This document shows, piece after piece, positions 25,930 to 38,700 of a stretch of 64,000 nucleotides of DNA. Each line of letters starts with the position of its first letter. The first letter of the stretch is position 1. The notes below the pieces were generated by a model. It was not told where the DNA came from and searched no databases. It was given only the letters and a program-made list of their open reading frames with translations. The DNA is taken from positions 63,302,001 to 63,366,000 of the forward strand of contig OZ260662.1 in NCBI GenBank assembly GCA_965285935.1, in the 5' to 3' direction. The translations under genes were made by a program, and so were the position numbers. Origin of the DNA: Ophelia neglecta (Eukaryota).

Positions 25930-27370
25930 GAAATGGGTAAATCACTTACAGGGCAGGAGACAATAAGTATAAAACCCTTACAGGGCAAGAAGAGATGGGT
26001 AAAACCATTACAGGGCAAGAGAAAATGGATAAAACCCTTACCAGGCAGGGGGAGATGAGTATAAAAACCTTATATGACAGGAGATGGGTAAACCCTTTCA
26101 GGGCAAGAGGAGATGGAAAAAACCCTTACAGGGCAGGAGGAGATGGCTAAAACCCTAACTGGGAAGGGGGAGATGAGTTTTTTAACTTATATGACAGGAG
26201 ATTGGTAAACCCTTTCAGGGCAGGAGGAGATGGGTAAATGGTGACGGGTAAATTTTTAAGGGGCAGGAGAAGATGGGTAAATCATTACTAGGCAAGAGAA
26301 AATTGGTAAAACCCTGACAGTGCAGGAGGATATGGGTGTAAAACCCTTCAATGGCAGGAGGAGATGGGTAAAACCCTTATAGGTCAGGAGGATATCAGCA
26401 AAACGTTTTAGGGCAGGAGGGGAGGAATATAAAAAACCCTTACAGGGCAGGAGGAGATGGATATAAAACCCTGACAGGGCAGAAGGAGAGGAATATAAAA
26501 CCCTTATAGGGCAGGAGGAGAGGAATATAAAACCCTTATTTGGGCAGGAGGAGAGGAATATAAAACCCTTATAGGGCAGGAGGAGAGGAATATAAAACCC
26601 TTATAGGGCAGGAGGAGAGGAATATAAAACCCTTATAGGACAGGAGGAGAGGAATATAAAACCCTTATAGGGCAGGAGGAGAGGAATATAAAACCCTTAT
26701 TTGGGCAGGAGGAGAGGAATATAAAACCCTTATAGGACAGGAGGAGAGGAATATAAAACCCTTATAGGACAGGAGGAGAGGAATATAAAACCCTTATAGG
26801 GCAGGAGGAAATGGGTATAAAACCCTTACAGGGCAGGAGGAGAGAAATATAATACCCTTACAAGGCAGGAGGAGATGGGTATAAAACCCTTACAGGGCTG
26901 GGAGAGATGGGTAAAACCCTTATAGGTCAGGAGGATAAGGGCACAACCATTCAGGGCAGAAGGATATTGGCACAAAAACCCTTACAGGGCAGAGGAGACA
27001 GGTATAAATCCCTTACAGGGCAGGAGGAGATGGTTAAACCATAACAGTACAGGAGGGTATGGGTGTAAAACCCTTCAAGGGCAGGAAGAGATGGGTAAAA
27101 CGCTTACAGGGCAGGAAGATATGGGCACAACCTTTCAGGGCAGGAGGATATTGGTATAAAAACCCTTACAGGGCAGGGGAGACGGGTATAAAACCCTTCA
27201 GAGCAGGGGGAGATGGGTATGAATACCCTTATAGGGAGGTATATCCTTACAGGGCAGGAGGAGAGGACAGGAGGGTCTGGGTATAAAACCCTTACAGTGC
27301 AGGAGGAGAGGGCAGGAGCATATGGGTATAAAACCCTTACACGCCCTTATAGGGCAGGAGGAGATGAGCA
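25930..27370. repeat. ~32-bp purine-rich minisatellite, about 45 copies
   Basis: Homogeneous core unit ATAAAACCCTTATAGGGCAGGAGGAGAGGAAT (~26490-26810). Diverged flanking units are like GGGTATAAAACCCTTACAGGGCAGGAGGAGAT. Confidence 0.97.
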
Positions 27371-29023
27371 ATACAACTTTATTTCTGTGCATCAAATATG
27401 GCAGTGTCTTTGTTGAAGCAGACACCACAAATAAAGCAAGTCCAAATTGACCTTTTCATTGATATCAAGCAGGGCTTATGAGAAAACTGCCATCCCATCT
27501 GATCAGGCTGAATAGAAGTGGATGAATCCATAGTTCAATAGAAACAATATGAATCACAAAGCCAGGAATTAATGGCCTGCCGCCTTTTATGCCAGGTAGA
27601 TGGCATTGATAATAGCGATTTCATCAACCTCGGCTTTCCCAACTCTTAATCACATCATAATTTATCATATCAAGTCCCATTATCTTCACAATAACCTTGA
27701 TTCCACCTAGAGCAGTTGAACAAATACTCCAATCATCAGTGGATCTGTAATTAATATCAATACTAAGGTAAACATTTCCACCTGGCCCAGTGTTGGGTCC
27801 CACCTGAAGATGAACCAGCCTGCAACATTACCATTGTCACAAATTGACACTACAAAACTACTTGTGTAATCAGGGCTGATCTATGTGACGTCAAGTCGTG
27901 ATTTCAAGGTAAAAAGAGGATAAAATCTTACAAATAAAGACAGACAAAAGGTTTTATTTTCTTGTGGATTTATTAGTGCTTTAGTGAATGCTTAATTACA
28001 TGCTTTGCAAACAATGATTATGTGGTAACATTCTATGTGCACTAATTATTCTTAAAGCATGTCTTGTTGACAATGAAGGGTAAAAATGATTTAAATTGTT
28101 GACTGGGGTGACTTCTCCAATTTGGTAAATCATAGAGAACTCAGGGGTGTGTTTTTTTGTACATAATTATATGGTGAATGGCTATAAATTACCAAATGAA
28201 AAATAATTTGTCTTGACAATGCCGTGTTGGTTGGTGACAAGCTCATTATTTGACGTGATGATGTGATTGAGATAGAGTGTGGGCAACATCTGCTCAGGTG
28301 AAACAATGGGTAATGAGGGAGATCAAAGGAAGCTGACAGGTGCCTTCTCAACCACTCCAGATACAACATGTACATGTACATAGTTCACAGAATGTCTATC
28401 TCATCTATTACATCAAAGTTAATTTGATAAACAGTTATTCATTGTAACGTTTCCACTTATAACAAAAAACTTACAATTAGTACTGTTAGTAAAGGAGGTC
28501 TTTTTAGATTGAAATTCGTGTGTACATTGATTGGTGAAAACTAATCTTTATTTTAGATAAGGTACCCACTAGTTGACAAGTGGTGGTATAAGATGGACTG
28601 TTAAGCCAAAGTTTGTAGCTCGGTATGATTTTTATGTAGTAACAGCATGCCTTATTTCAAGCTGTAATATATTTTTGATCTTATTTTTAGGCAGGAAATT
28701 TGGTGTAAATATTCATTTTCAAAACTTTTGGAAAAATTTCCTGGTTGGTAAAGTTTCTGGTTTATAATACACACACATGAAGAGAATATCTGTGACAATG
28801 GTGTAGTTAAAAGAAAAATTAAATGATCTTGACATTCATTGGTGCCATTCTGTATCAAAGGCTATGAACAGTTTGTTTGTATATTACTACCACAGCAGTT
28901 TTTGGGTAGCATTTTTAATGCCCTTGTTAATGTAGAGCCACTTATTTTTTAGTACTGCAGCATCCTCATTGGAACTGCATTGTCAAGTGATATGCATCGC
29001 AGTATATTGATGTTGAAAGACTT

Positions 29024-29213
29024 CACCTGTACCCCTCTACCCCTGTACATCTGTACACCAGTATCCCTGTGCACCTATACACCTGTATCCCTGTACACCT
29101 ATACACCTTTACACCGGTAAACCTGTACCCCTTTACACCTGTTTACCTGTAATAACTAGTGTGTAAGTTATACTTGTACAAATGTACACCTGTACACCTG
29201 TACACCTGTACAC
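29024..29213. repeat. Imperfect 8-bp (TACACCTG)n repeat
   Basis: Degenerate TACACCTG/TACCCCTG/TATCCCTG units; three perfect copies at 29185-29208. Confidence 0.85.
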
Positions 29214-32200
29214 TGGGTACTGGCCAGATGATTGTATAGTGTGGGTGTCCCTACTATTCCAAACCTTTGTCCCATTTCCCCCCCCCCCCCCGCACCCCCC
29301 TCTCCTCTGGGGTGATATACACTACTTTAATTTCAATGATAACATTTGGAGATTAACCTACAAATAATTAATAGCGGAATGTTGCTCTTTCCGGTGTCTC
29401 ACATTCAAGGAGACAGGAAGTTTGTGTTGTTTTTACACAGGAAAACATTTTATCTTAGGAAAAAACACTTGTTGTATTCAATAAATGAACACATTCTTTC
29501 AACAGGGTGTGTATAATTTAAAATTGGCTCTGTACTAAGTTAGTCCTTTGGTATCTGTTCAGTGTCGACAAGAGATGTAAAGGTCACGCTGCAACAAGCT
29601 GGCTGATAAATATAAGATTTGACACATCAGAAAAAAAATCGACAATGTATTGTTGTAACCTCAAATTCTATGAGTTAACAATTTTATCATCAAGAAAATT
29701 TGCCAGTAAAAAGACATTGAATTTGCAAATGTAGCTTGAGCACAGGAAACATCAGGAGTGTGTTTGTTTAATGTTATCTCTGTGTTGTGTTTAATTTGAG
29801 TGTTTTCTTCAATTAGGGGATTTGGTGAAGACTTTATTTGTCTGTACAGTGTTAGGTCTACCCCCCTTCAGGCTTTTTACGTAACCCAAAACAAGTTTTG
29901 ATGATAGTCTTTCCACAAAAAGTAGCTTCCAGTCAGGATTACGTTTGGTATGGATAGGGTTGTAGGGATATATCGGGAGTGACATGTGCCGGATTTGGAT
30001 GGTACGGGATGGTACGCCTGCCACAGCCCAGCCAAACATATGCCACCTGCTTCAGCAACCCAGAAAAACACCATTAAAATGTATAAAACATTCAAAATTA
30101 CATTTTGGATGGTGCCATACTGTGGTCTCTGTGGTGTAAAATATCAACATTTATCTTGTTAGTTACAGAAAGAATGTGAACGTTTAATGAAGCATTTAAT
30201 GAATCCTTACTATTCAAAGATAGTCTATGGAAAGCTGTGTGATTGTGATCAAGAGGCCCCCCAAGGCAACTCATATTTTCAGTTCCAGATAGATGATAGT
30301 TTGTGTGTTAATTTTACTCTTGGTGCTGAAAAATCAAAGTAGTTTTATTGTAAAGAAATGCATGTTGCTTCATTCAGTTATTTTGTTTGGTGCCATCAGG
30401 TTGAAATTCATCGTGTACACACACACACACATATATATACATGTATGTACATGAGGGTGTAGGAAACCTCTCTGGGGAGCAATTAGTTCAGAGAACAGGA
30501 AGAGTTTGGCATGCTTTCGCAAACTGTTGCAATTTGTTGCTCAGTTTTATCAAGGTATACATCAAACTGAGAGTGACTAAACAGTTTTTGAAAGCTTTGG
30601 CTAATGGCTTTGATTGAAAAAAAAGCGGATGTGTATAAACAATAAATTGTATAGATTTCTTCTCAGGTTCTACATCACAGGAGCTGTAAGTCATCCTTAA
30701 AATGTACAAAGTAGGGACTAGGCTCAAAGTTTGTATACTCCACTTTTATTATTGAAAAAGAGATGTTCTGGGTGCTGATAGCATTGCCACTTCCAGACAG
30801 CTTGTAGACTGGTACCCTGCTGTCTAGCTCTGTCTAAGCTCTGTCAGATAACAGGGATTAGAAATGAAGATTTAAGAAAGAGCACTTGTTCAGATGTCTA
30901 CCAGTGTACAGATCTTAGTGGGACAGGTTGTCCTCCAGAGATACATGGTAATCTGAAAGTCATTTGCATTGATAAAAGAGAGATTTCTACCATGATTTCA
31001 ATAAAGCATGGCTATCAGCAAATGTATCAAGGCTGTTTCTGATTCTCAAGTGTTCCCGGTGAATTTCAACATAGACCTGTCTACAGTGTTTTCCATTCCA
31101 CATGCACCATTCTTAACATTGTGTGCGTACATGTAGGTTTTATTGTAAATAACAAAGCATGCGTTTCCGTATGTTTAACATTAATAATTATCAGTTTGGT
31201 TTTATTTTGTGAATTTGGTAGCATCGTGCCCTACACACACATGTATGGAGGCAGGGGTCCCGTCTATACATGTTTGAGTGAACTTGTGAAGAGTGGTGCC
31301 ATGAATTCATAGTTTAATCTCAGTTAGGCTCTTGCCAGACATCAACACAGTCTTTGGTTTTCTGCAGTCTCTCTTCAATCTGTTTATTTATTCTCTTCTG
31401 CTGAAAGTTTCCACTTTTGAGTGGGGCAAGTGTGATTAGAAGTGAAAGAACTTCACTGCTTTAGAATATCAGCAAATTTGACCTGTTGACAAGTGAGATG
31501 TTACGAGAAAAATGTGAGGGAGATTATCATTTTTCTGCTCAAGAGAGTAGATTCTAAATCACATTTCCATTTGAGGGTGCCTCATCTAGCTAGATTAGCT
31601 GGTTTAGAATTGTCTCATAAATGTTTTGTAAAAACAAATTAGACAAATTGGAGCACTTACGAGCTTGCTTCACTTGAAGTAACAACATCACAGTCCTTGA
31701 ATCTTCCTTCAATTTGAGATTAATTATCTGTCAGGAGGCAGAGTGATGATTTTAATGATGCAGTGCATACTGTTTATTTGTACAGACAGCCAAAAATTCC
31801 TTGGGTTTCATCTAGTGACAATGAGGTATCATCTAGGTTACCAAACTACAAGCTTCATCAACGGGAACATGTGTGACCTTTGTATAGCTGACCTTGAAGC
31901 AAATTGTTCGCATCATAAATAAGGGGAAAAGTGAGCCAGTAAATTAGAAGAAAGTTTGTTTTTGAGACCCTTGTGTGGTCCCTCTATGAATTGATGTGTC
32001 CGTTTGCTGCCACTTTATTATTTCAAAATGCCACACGAGCTGGATCCAGAGTCACTCAACTTGTCAGCCATCCAATTTCTATTGCAATTAGTCTACAGAG
32101 ACTGACTGAGTCTGTAGCACAATCAGTATGTATTGAAGTGGAGAAAATATGAAGACATGATTAAATAATTTGTGTTCTCCCTGACATTGGCTGTGGCACC

Positions 32201-34020
32201 CAGCTCAGCTGACCACCACTGACCTTGTAAGGTCAAAGTTGAAATGAAGTTATTCTAGCCGCAGGGGCACTTTGTTCGCCTTCATATACAATTTAGGCAA
32301 TCTTCATCTGAAGTTTCTGTTTCATGACAGACTGAAATTCATTGCCATTTAAGAGGTTAAAGTATAAATCAGGGGTCTATCAAAAACGTCTGGCTTGATA
32401 CAAGTGTCTATCTGGTCTGCTTGTCTGAGATGAGGGACATTTGGGTCTGGTTGAAAATGGCCAGTTTTTCATCCCGGCATTGATATAGTAATACAAGATT
32501 ATATAGGTGTCCTGTGCTCTCCATGTGTCAATAGTAAAATTCGCAATAGTGCCTTTTGCATAATTATGGATTAATGAATTGCTAGTAATAAGCTACATTG
32601 CTGAATACATGAGGAATCTACAGGATCTGTTTGCACGGCTTTTGGTTTTTGATATTAAATATCCTCATAGGCAATAGTAGTTCAGTGTAAAAACTGTAAA
32701 GATTTAAAGGTCACATGAACATGTAAAGTCATGAAAAACAGGACATAAAGACAAAACACGAGTAGGTGTTTAAGTTATCAACCCTGATCAGAAAATATAT
32801 ATATATGGGTCAGACAAACGTGTTTTCGGGAATAAGTGCCCATGCTTTAATATAGCACCTCACCTGAGTTTTCCTTTAAAAAATGAGGTGAAATTTATTG
32901 TATATTTGAGGAAAGTTTTTTTTTCATCAGATGGGAGGGTTGGGATATCATTAGAAACAAATTTATCTGAAATAATGGCTCAAATGTCTTGGATGCTGAT
33001 TCCAAGCTGAGAGTGTACTCATGTACACATATGGCATTCTACAGCCACTCTTTTGTATAAATGTAGGCCTTAGTTAAATCCCGAGTTGACTAATGTACCA
33101 CCTTTTGTATCTCCATTTCTTGCTAATGTCATGCATGTTACTCTGACTGACCTTCGCATTTTTATATCCCACGCAATACATTTAGCAGAAGTTCTAGTGT
33201 TCCTGTTTGTCTTGGAGTCTCCATTGGGAGTCCGTCAGATGACAAGTTCTGCGAGGCAGAAGGGAAGCAGTCTCTTCTGATGTTTTTTATACTTCATGTC
33301 TCTTTACCAGCAGGCCTTTGTCAGCTTTACCTGTGGAAAGTGTTGTTACTGGGCTGGTCTTTACAGGGTGGCTTTTAACATCACATGTCCTGTGGGGAGA
33401 TCATGCTGAGACTGATGCTGGCTCCAAATGATCACAAATGTATCAATTTGTCCTCCTCTGCGTTTTACTGATGTCTTGAATCTGAATACAAACTAGCTGA
33501 TAGTACATTTTATGAAACATGTTAGTTCCTATAACAATCACTGCCTAGATCATTATGCACACATAGCATGGAAACAGTTGAATGTTCATTTCCTTTCTAT
33601 AATAAGACTGCTATCCCTAGTCTGCTGTAATTGATATTATTCTTAGATTTTTTTCAAATTTTTCAATTTTTTTGCTACATTAAAACATGGGCATGATTTT
33701 TATGATATCTTATAGAGTTTCTAGAGTCTTGAATTGTACTGATACATAAATAATTAGGTTTGAAAATTTGGAGCAACATCAGTAAGCATTTTGTATAACC
33801 GAAATGTAAAGTTTCTGCAACATTCAGGGTAGTCATAAAGCAGAATTAAGCAGATTGGCTACAGTCAGAACTCGTGTAAATCATTATATTTCAAATAGAA
33901 TGACATTCATGTAATTAAAACTCACAATTGTCTAGCTCCTGTTTCTCAGTTTTCAGGAAATAGACATAACAGTGTAGTCTAGAAAAGAGGCTTCCACAGG
34001 TCAGTTGGGTCTAGTTTGGG

Positions 34021-34034
34021 GTCGCTATGGTAAC
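34021..34034. promoter_or_regulatory. RFX X-box motif
   Basis: GTCGCTATGGTAAC fits the near-palindromic GTNRCCATGGNAAC-type X-box; function untested. Confidence 0.45.
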
Positions 34035-35508
34035 AAGGGTTAATCAGTTATCAAGGGTATGTCCTTATATAGAGAGCTATAGAGTATCTCCAGCCAGAAT
34101 GTCTTAATTCGATGGTCTGGAGGTCAGTTTAAAAGCAGATTAAAAGTAAATGATGTGATTTAGGTAGCCTTAAGTTATTTTGGTATAACTGACAGAGAAG
34201 ATAGTGATGAAGTAATTTGGCCTGTGCCGAATCTGAAGTCCATGCAGCCACTTCCAGTAATAACTGGTAATGGTGGCCAGGGGTGTTAAGTGTGGACAGT
34301 AGAGTGAACTTCCTCTTCCAGACAGCTCTAAATCACCTTTGATGGAAATACCATTGATTCCATTTGGTTTGATTTTGGCTGGAGATAATGCTCAATGAAG
34401 GCTTCTAAACTTATTGGATATCACAATGGAGACTGGTGAATCGTTGGCAGTTGTCAATCAATAAACTATCACTCTCATCAAAAGTTGTCATTATTTGTAT
34501 GTGAGAGGGTGAGATAGAGAGATTTGCCCCCTGGGCTCGGTGACAAAGGTGGCATGACATGGGGCAGATCTTGTTAACCACTCCAGCCAGAAAGCTGCTG
34601 AAAGCCTCATAATGTCTTTAATCCACTACAATGGTCTGGTAGGAACCATCGGATCAACCCTGTCCCAGCTTTGTGTTTCAATTCATCTATATACCAGTGT
34701 TTTATCTGTAAAATTCAGAGTGCGTTCCAAGTAGAATTTACAAATTTCTCAAAAATGGTTGACCAACATTGGAAATATTGTATTGCCAACATTGCAAGTC
34801 TGATCCTAAATTGCTAAATAAGAAGCCAGTCCATGGCTAGACAAATGTCTAATTATAAATACTCTAGGGTTCAAAGCCACCATGCTGGGACAGAGTAAAC
34901 CAAAACAAGGATGGGAGCTCTCCTAAGTGGAGATTCAATAACAATCCTGGTGTTCCAAAAAGTTGATGACCTTATAGATTGGTGTATGTTGAGTATTTTG
35001 ATGGAGCACTCTGAGCACCCTGGGTTACCCTGAGAAGTATTTCTATGTGCCCCATTAACCATGGAACCTTTGGTTACAGTTTCATTTTATTCATAAAAAT
35101 GTGAAAAAAAGTGTCAGAAATATTCAAATTGAGAAATCCCATGTTTCAATTTGCCAAGGTGTACCTAATTTGCATGATAGTTTATGCAAAGTGCACAATA
35201 AAATGTTTGATATTTTGGGGCCGTCATTACACATTCATTGGACTTCTGGTACACCTTTTATGTAAATAACTACACTTTTTATACACATTGTTGAAAACAG
35301 GAAAGAAGCAAGTGAATCTTTTTTAATATCATAAATGAATGGCATACACATTTGAATCTGAAAACAAAGATACATTTCCATCAAACTATCACTTGATATA
35401 TTTTTGGTGCACTTCTATCTGATGCACTAGTGTATGCTTTTTGGTGTATTTGTATGTACAGGCAGTCATACCACACAAGCAATCAGCTACACCATAACAA
35501 TTTATCAA

Positions 35509-35704
35509 CAGTAAAACCTGCTTTAAAGACCACCTCTATATCAAGACCACCTGTCAGGTCAGATGACCAATATGAAGACTGTACATTTTTTTCTGAAGTT
35601 TCATGTCTCCTATCTATGTAAAATAACCTGCCTAAACAGACCACCTCCTTGATCAGACCAGTATTTCCAGTCCTTTGAATGGTCGCAATTCTCAGGTTTC
35701 ACTG
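35509..35704. mobile_element. Second copy of the same MITE family in opposite orientation
   Basis: CAGTAAAACCTGCTTTAAAGACCACCTCTATATCAAGACCACCTGTC matches the reverse complement of the 20625-20801 right end. AACCTGCCTAAACAGACCACCTCC...CAGGTTTCACTG|TA matches its left end. The left target site reads AA instead of TA. Confidence 0.85.
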
Positions 35705-38700
35705 TATAGTCTTTGTTCAATGATATTTTCAGCCACCTAGCTTTCATGCCCAGACTAGTTAAATTTGAACCTAATTCAGTATGTTTATACAATAAATGAT
35801 GTCTTGCAATTATTTTGAAGGAAAAAATATCATGCACTAGTCACTATCACTCCCCTGTGGCACTTGCACTTTCTGACATTGAAGGCTCCCTTTGAGAAGA
35901 TCTTGTCAATGTAGCAGTTATACCATTTAAATGCCAGAGACTAGATAAGCTTAGAGCTTCCCATGACTGATTCTCTTAGATAAATGGATGTGATGATTTA
36001 CACGTACTTTTGGTAGACAGAATACTTATTTTATAGTTTTGTGGTAAAAATTGTACCATATTAACTACCATAGAGGGCATAATAAATGCTGCCTGCCAAA
36101 AAGTGCTAAATATTTTCATCTAAAAAAGGTTAGTTTTAGCCACCGATTACAGTAAAGACCTGTAGCTATTTTGGATATGATCTGCCTGAGTGACATGTTT
36201 TGAGCAAGGGCTCCGTGCCTGTCAAGTGGAGGTAACACATGCCTCTTCTCATTTCTGTTTTGCACCTTTGTTACGTGATCACTTGCACAAAACTGTTGAA
36301 GAATTCAAACTGTGTGGACAAGAAGACAGAGTGATTTGTCTGTTTATGATTGGGACTATACTTTCAAGGGTCATCATCTGTCAATTCATAAATAATAACC
36401 CCACTGTCATGCTAGGAAAGTATTGAAAACACACTTCAAATCATAGTATACATTTGTGTCTGAATAAGCCTGTGGCATAGGCCTTTCTCGGCTTGATGGA
36501 CAAGTTGACAATTTCCAAGACAATTTGTTGAAAGGTAGTTATCTCCTCTAAAGTGACTCCTTGATAAAAAGGGAGAAATAGGAGTATGGCCCTGCAGAGG
36601 AGCAATTCAGAGAATGTTTGAAAGTGTCTCTAATCTTGAAAACATATACATGTATATGTACAATGTAGTCTATATTTTTTTGTATGTTTTGTTCTATTTG
36701 CCAAATCTTCCCGTCTGTTTACAAAGCAGCTTTGTTTGGGTCACACAGTTATGAGGTCCCCTGGGTATCAACTACTACAACTACCCCCTCATGATATCTG
36801 TCAATGGCAGTTTGTCTGAGACTTTTTATGGAATTTGAAGCCAGAGTCCGGGCCTATTTCGTAGAAACGCATTCCTTTTCAGCTCAGTATTTTCTTCAAA
36901 ACAGGATGATACAATCATGTGGCTATGAGATGATCTTTTAGTGTGGAAGTAGTTGTGTGTTGTTGTAGAAAAATATGTTTGGTGCGTAACTTTTAACTCA
37001 GCACTTACGTGTACATCAACAACTTAGCGGTTGACACATTGAGAGCAGGTCTGTACAGTGTCAGTGTCTGGCTGACCTGTCTGTGCACATCTTCTGATGT
37101 ATTTAAACGGTGTGGGCTTAGAGTTACTGGAAGCTGATCCTGTTTGATTAGCAGTAGAGCAGGGCTAGGAGGGCTAGGGTGACAGACAACCCTGCCCCCT
37201 CCTGAGACTTTTCTGACAGTGGACACTTCCTGATCATATTAGGTGTCTCCAATACACTGTCACTCAAGTTTGAGTCTGAACAATAAGGCAACTAATATTA
37301 ACTAATATGTCCATGATTAGATCTGGTTACACCACAAATTTATGTAATGAAACATTTATTTGAAGTACATGTTAGATAGATGTGTTCAAAATTATCAAAA
37401 TAAAATCATACATAGAAAATACCATGGATATTTTCAGGTAAGGCACACTGTCTGACAGGTGTGTTATGTCGAAGCCTTGTGGGGTGGAATAAGCCCAGGC
37501 TGACATGTTATGATACAGGGATGCTGCCCTGTCAATGACACAAACCTCTAGAATGGCATCCATTGGCCTCTCACACAGGCTGTCCTGTATACACATGCTG
37601 CCACAGAGGAGGGCTTGTCTCCCCTTGCCACTCACCCCTGATATGATTTAACACATAGTGTGCTGGGATGTGGCATTTAAATTTATCTGACTGAAAAACT
37701 ACAGTCAAGGTTACATGGTGCACATATCAAATGATGCCATAAACTGAGTTGGGTTTAAAGGCAGATTGTTACCATTTGTCTTCCAACCTGGGAATCTTAT
37801 CTGTGCTAGAGAGACATTGTTTATAATGCGGGTGGTGGGTGCCCTCCCTGCTGGTGCCACCTGCCCCTAGCAGGGAGGTAGCACCCTCTCTCCACCCCCT
37901 CCCGAGTGTGCTAATGAGGGGTCGGGATGGGTGAGTCCCAGACATCAGACTCTCTCACCAAGCATATGGTGTCAGATAGCGCCATACTCCCAGGGACTGA
38001 TATCCCATATCGTCCGCCTTCCTAAGCACCCGCCTTAATTGGTCGGCTCCTCACACATTTATCATCCCTCCCATAAGGTTATCTCAAAGCCAGGAAAGAC
38101 AGATGAGAATTGATTGTGTTGGATGAAATGGTTAGTTCCTTTGGACTTGATCTGGTAACACCTCTCAGTAGTTTTACACTTGTGTCAATGGTGTATTCAT
38201 AAAAAATTAATAGGAAAAGTCATTGTAATTACACTATATTACCACCGGTCTCTCATATATCTTTTTGAATTATCTGTGCATCTTCCAAACACTGATCTCT
38301 TATAATGTTTTCTCTGCCTGTGATAAGGACAGGCGTTGGCTGGATATCTTCAACCCCTAACCTTTACAATGATCCACTAGCAACACAAGCAAACTGGTGA
38401 TAAAGGAATCCTTGTTGAGTAAGAACTCTCACCAGATGGGAGTTTTTACTTTGATAAGGGGGGACATCACTCATTGGCCTTTTTATCAAGGTCATCTCTG
38501 TGTCTGGAGTCTTGGAAAGATGTACACCATGATGGAAATTCCAGAAAATAAACCTGCCTGATAAATATATTAATTATCTCTTATCTATAGACCAACTCTT
38601 TGTCAGATGCATTTTATGCTCAGAACTCACTTGCCCCTAGGTTTCTGTTAACATTTCTGGTCATAATATTGTCTGAGATATATAAACAGGTTTGTCTTTG

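Noticed and set aside
275-27370. Shared AAACCCT (telomere-like) in two minisatellites
   Set aside because: Not tandem telomeric repeats, and the units otherwise do not align, so common origin is unsupported.
27886-27893. Single CRE palindrome TGACGTCA
   Set aside because: One 8-mer in 64 kb without supporting context.
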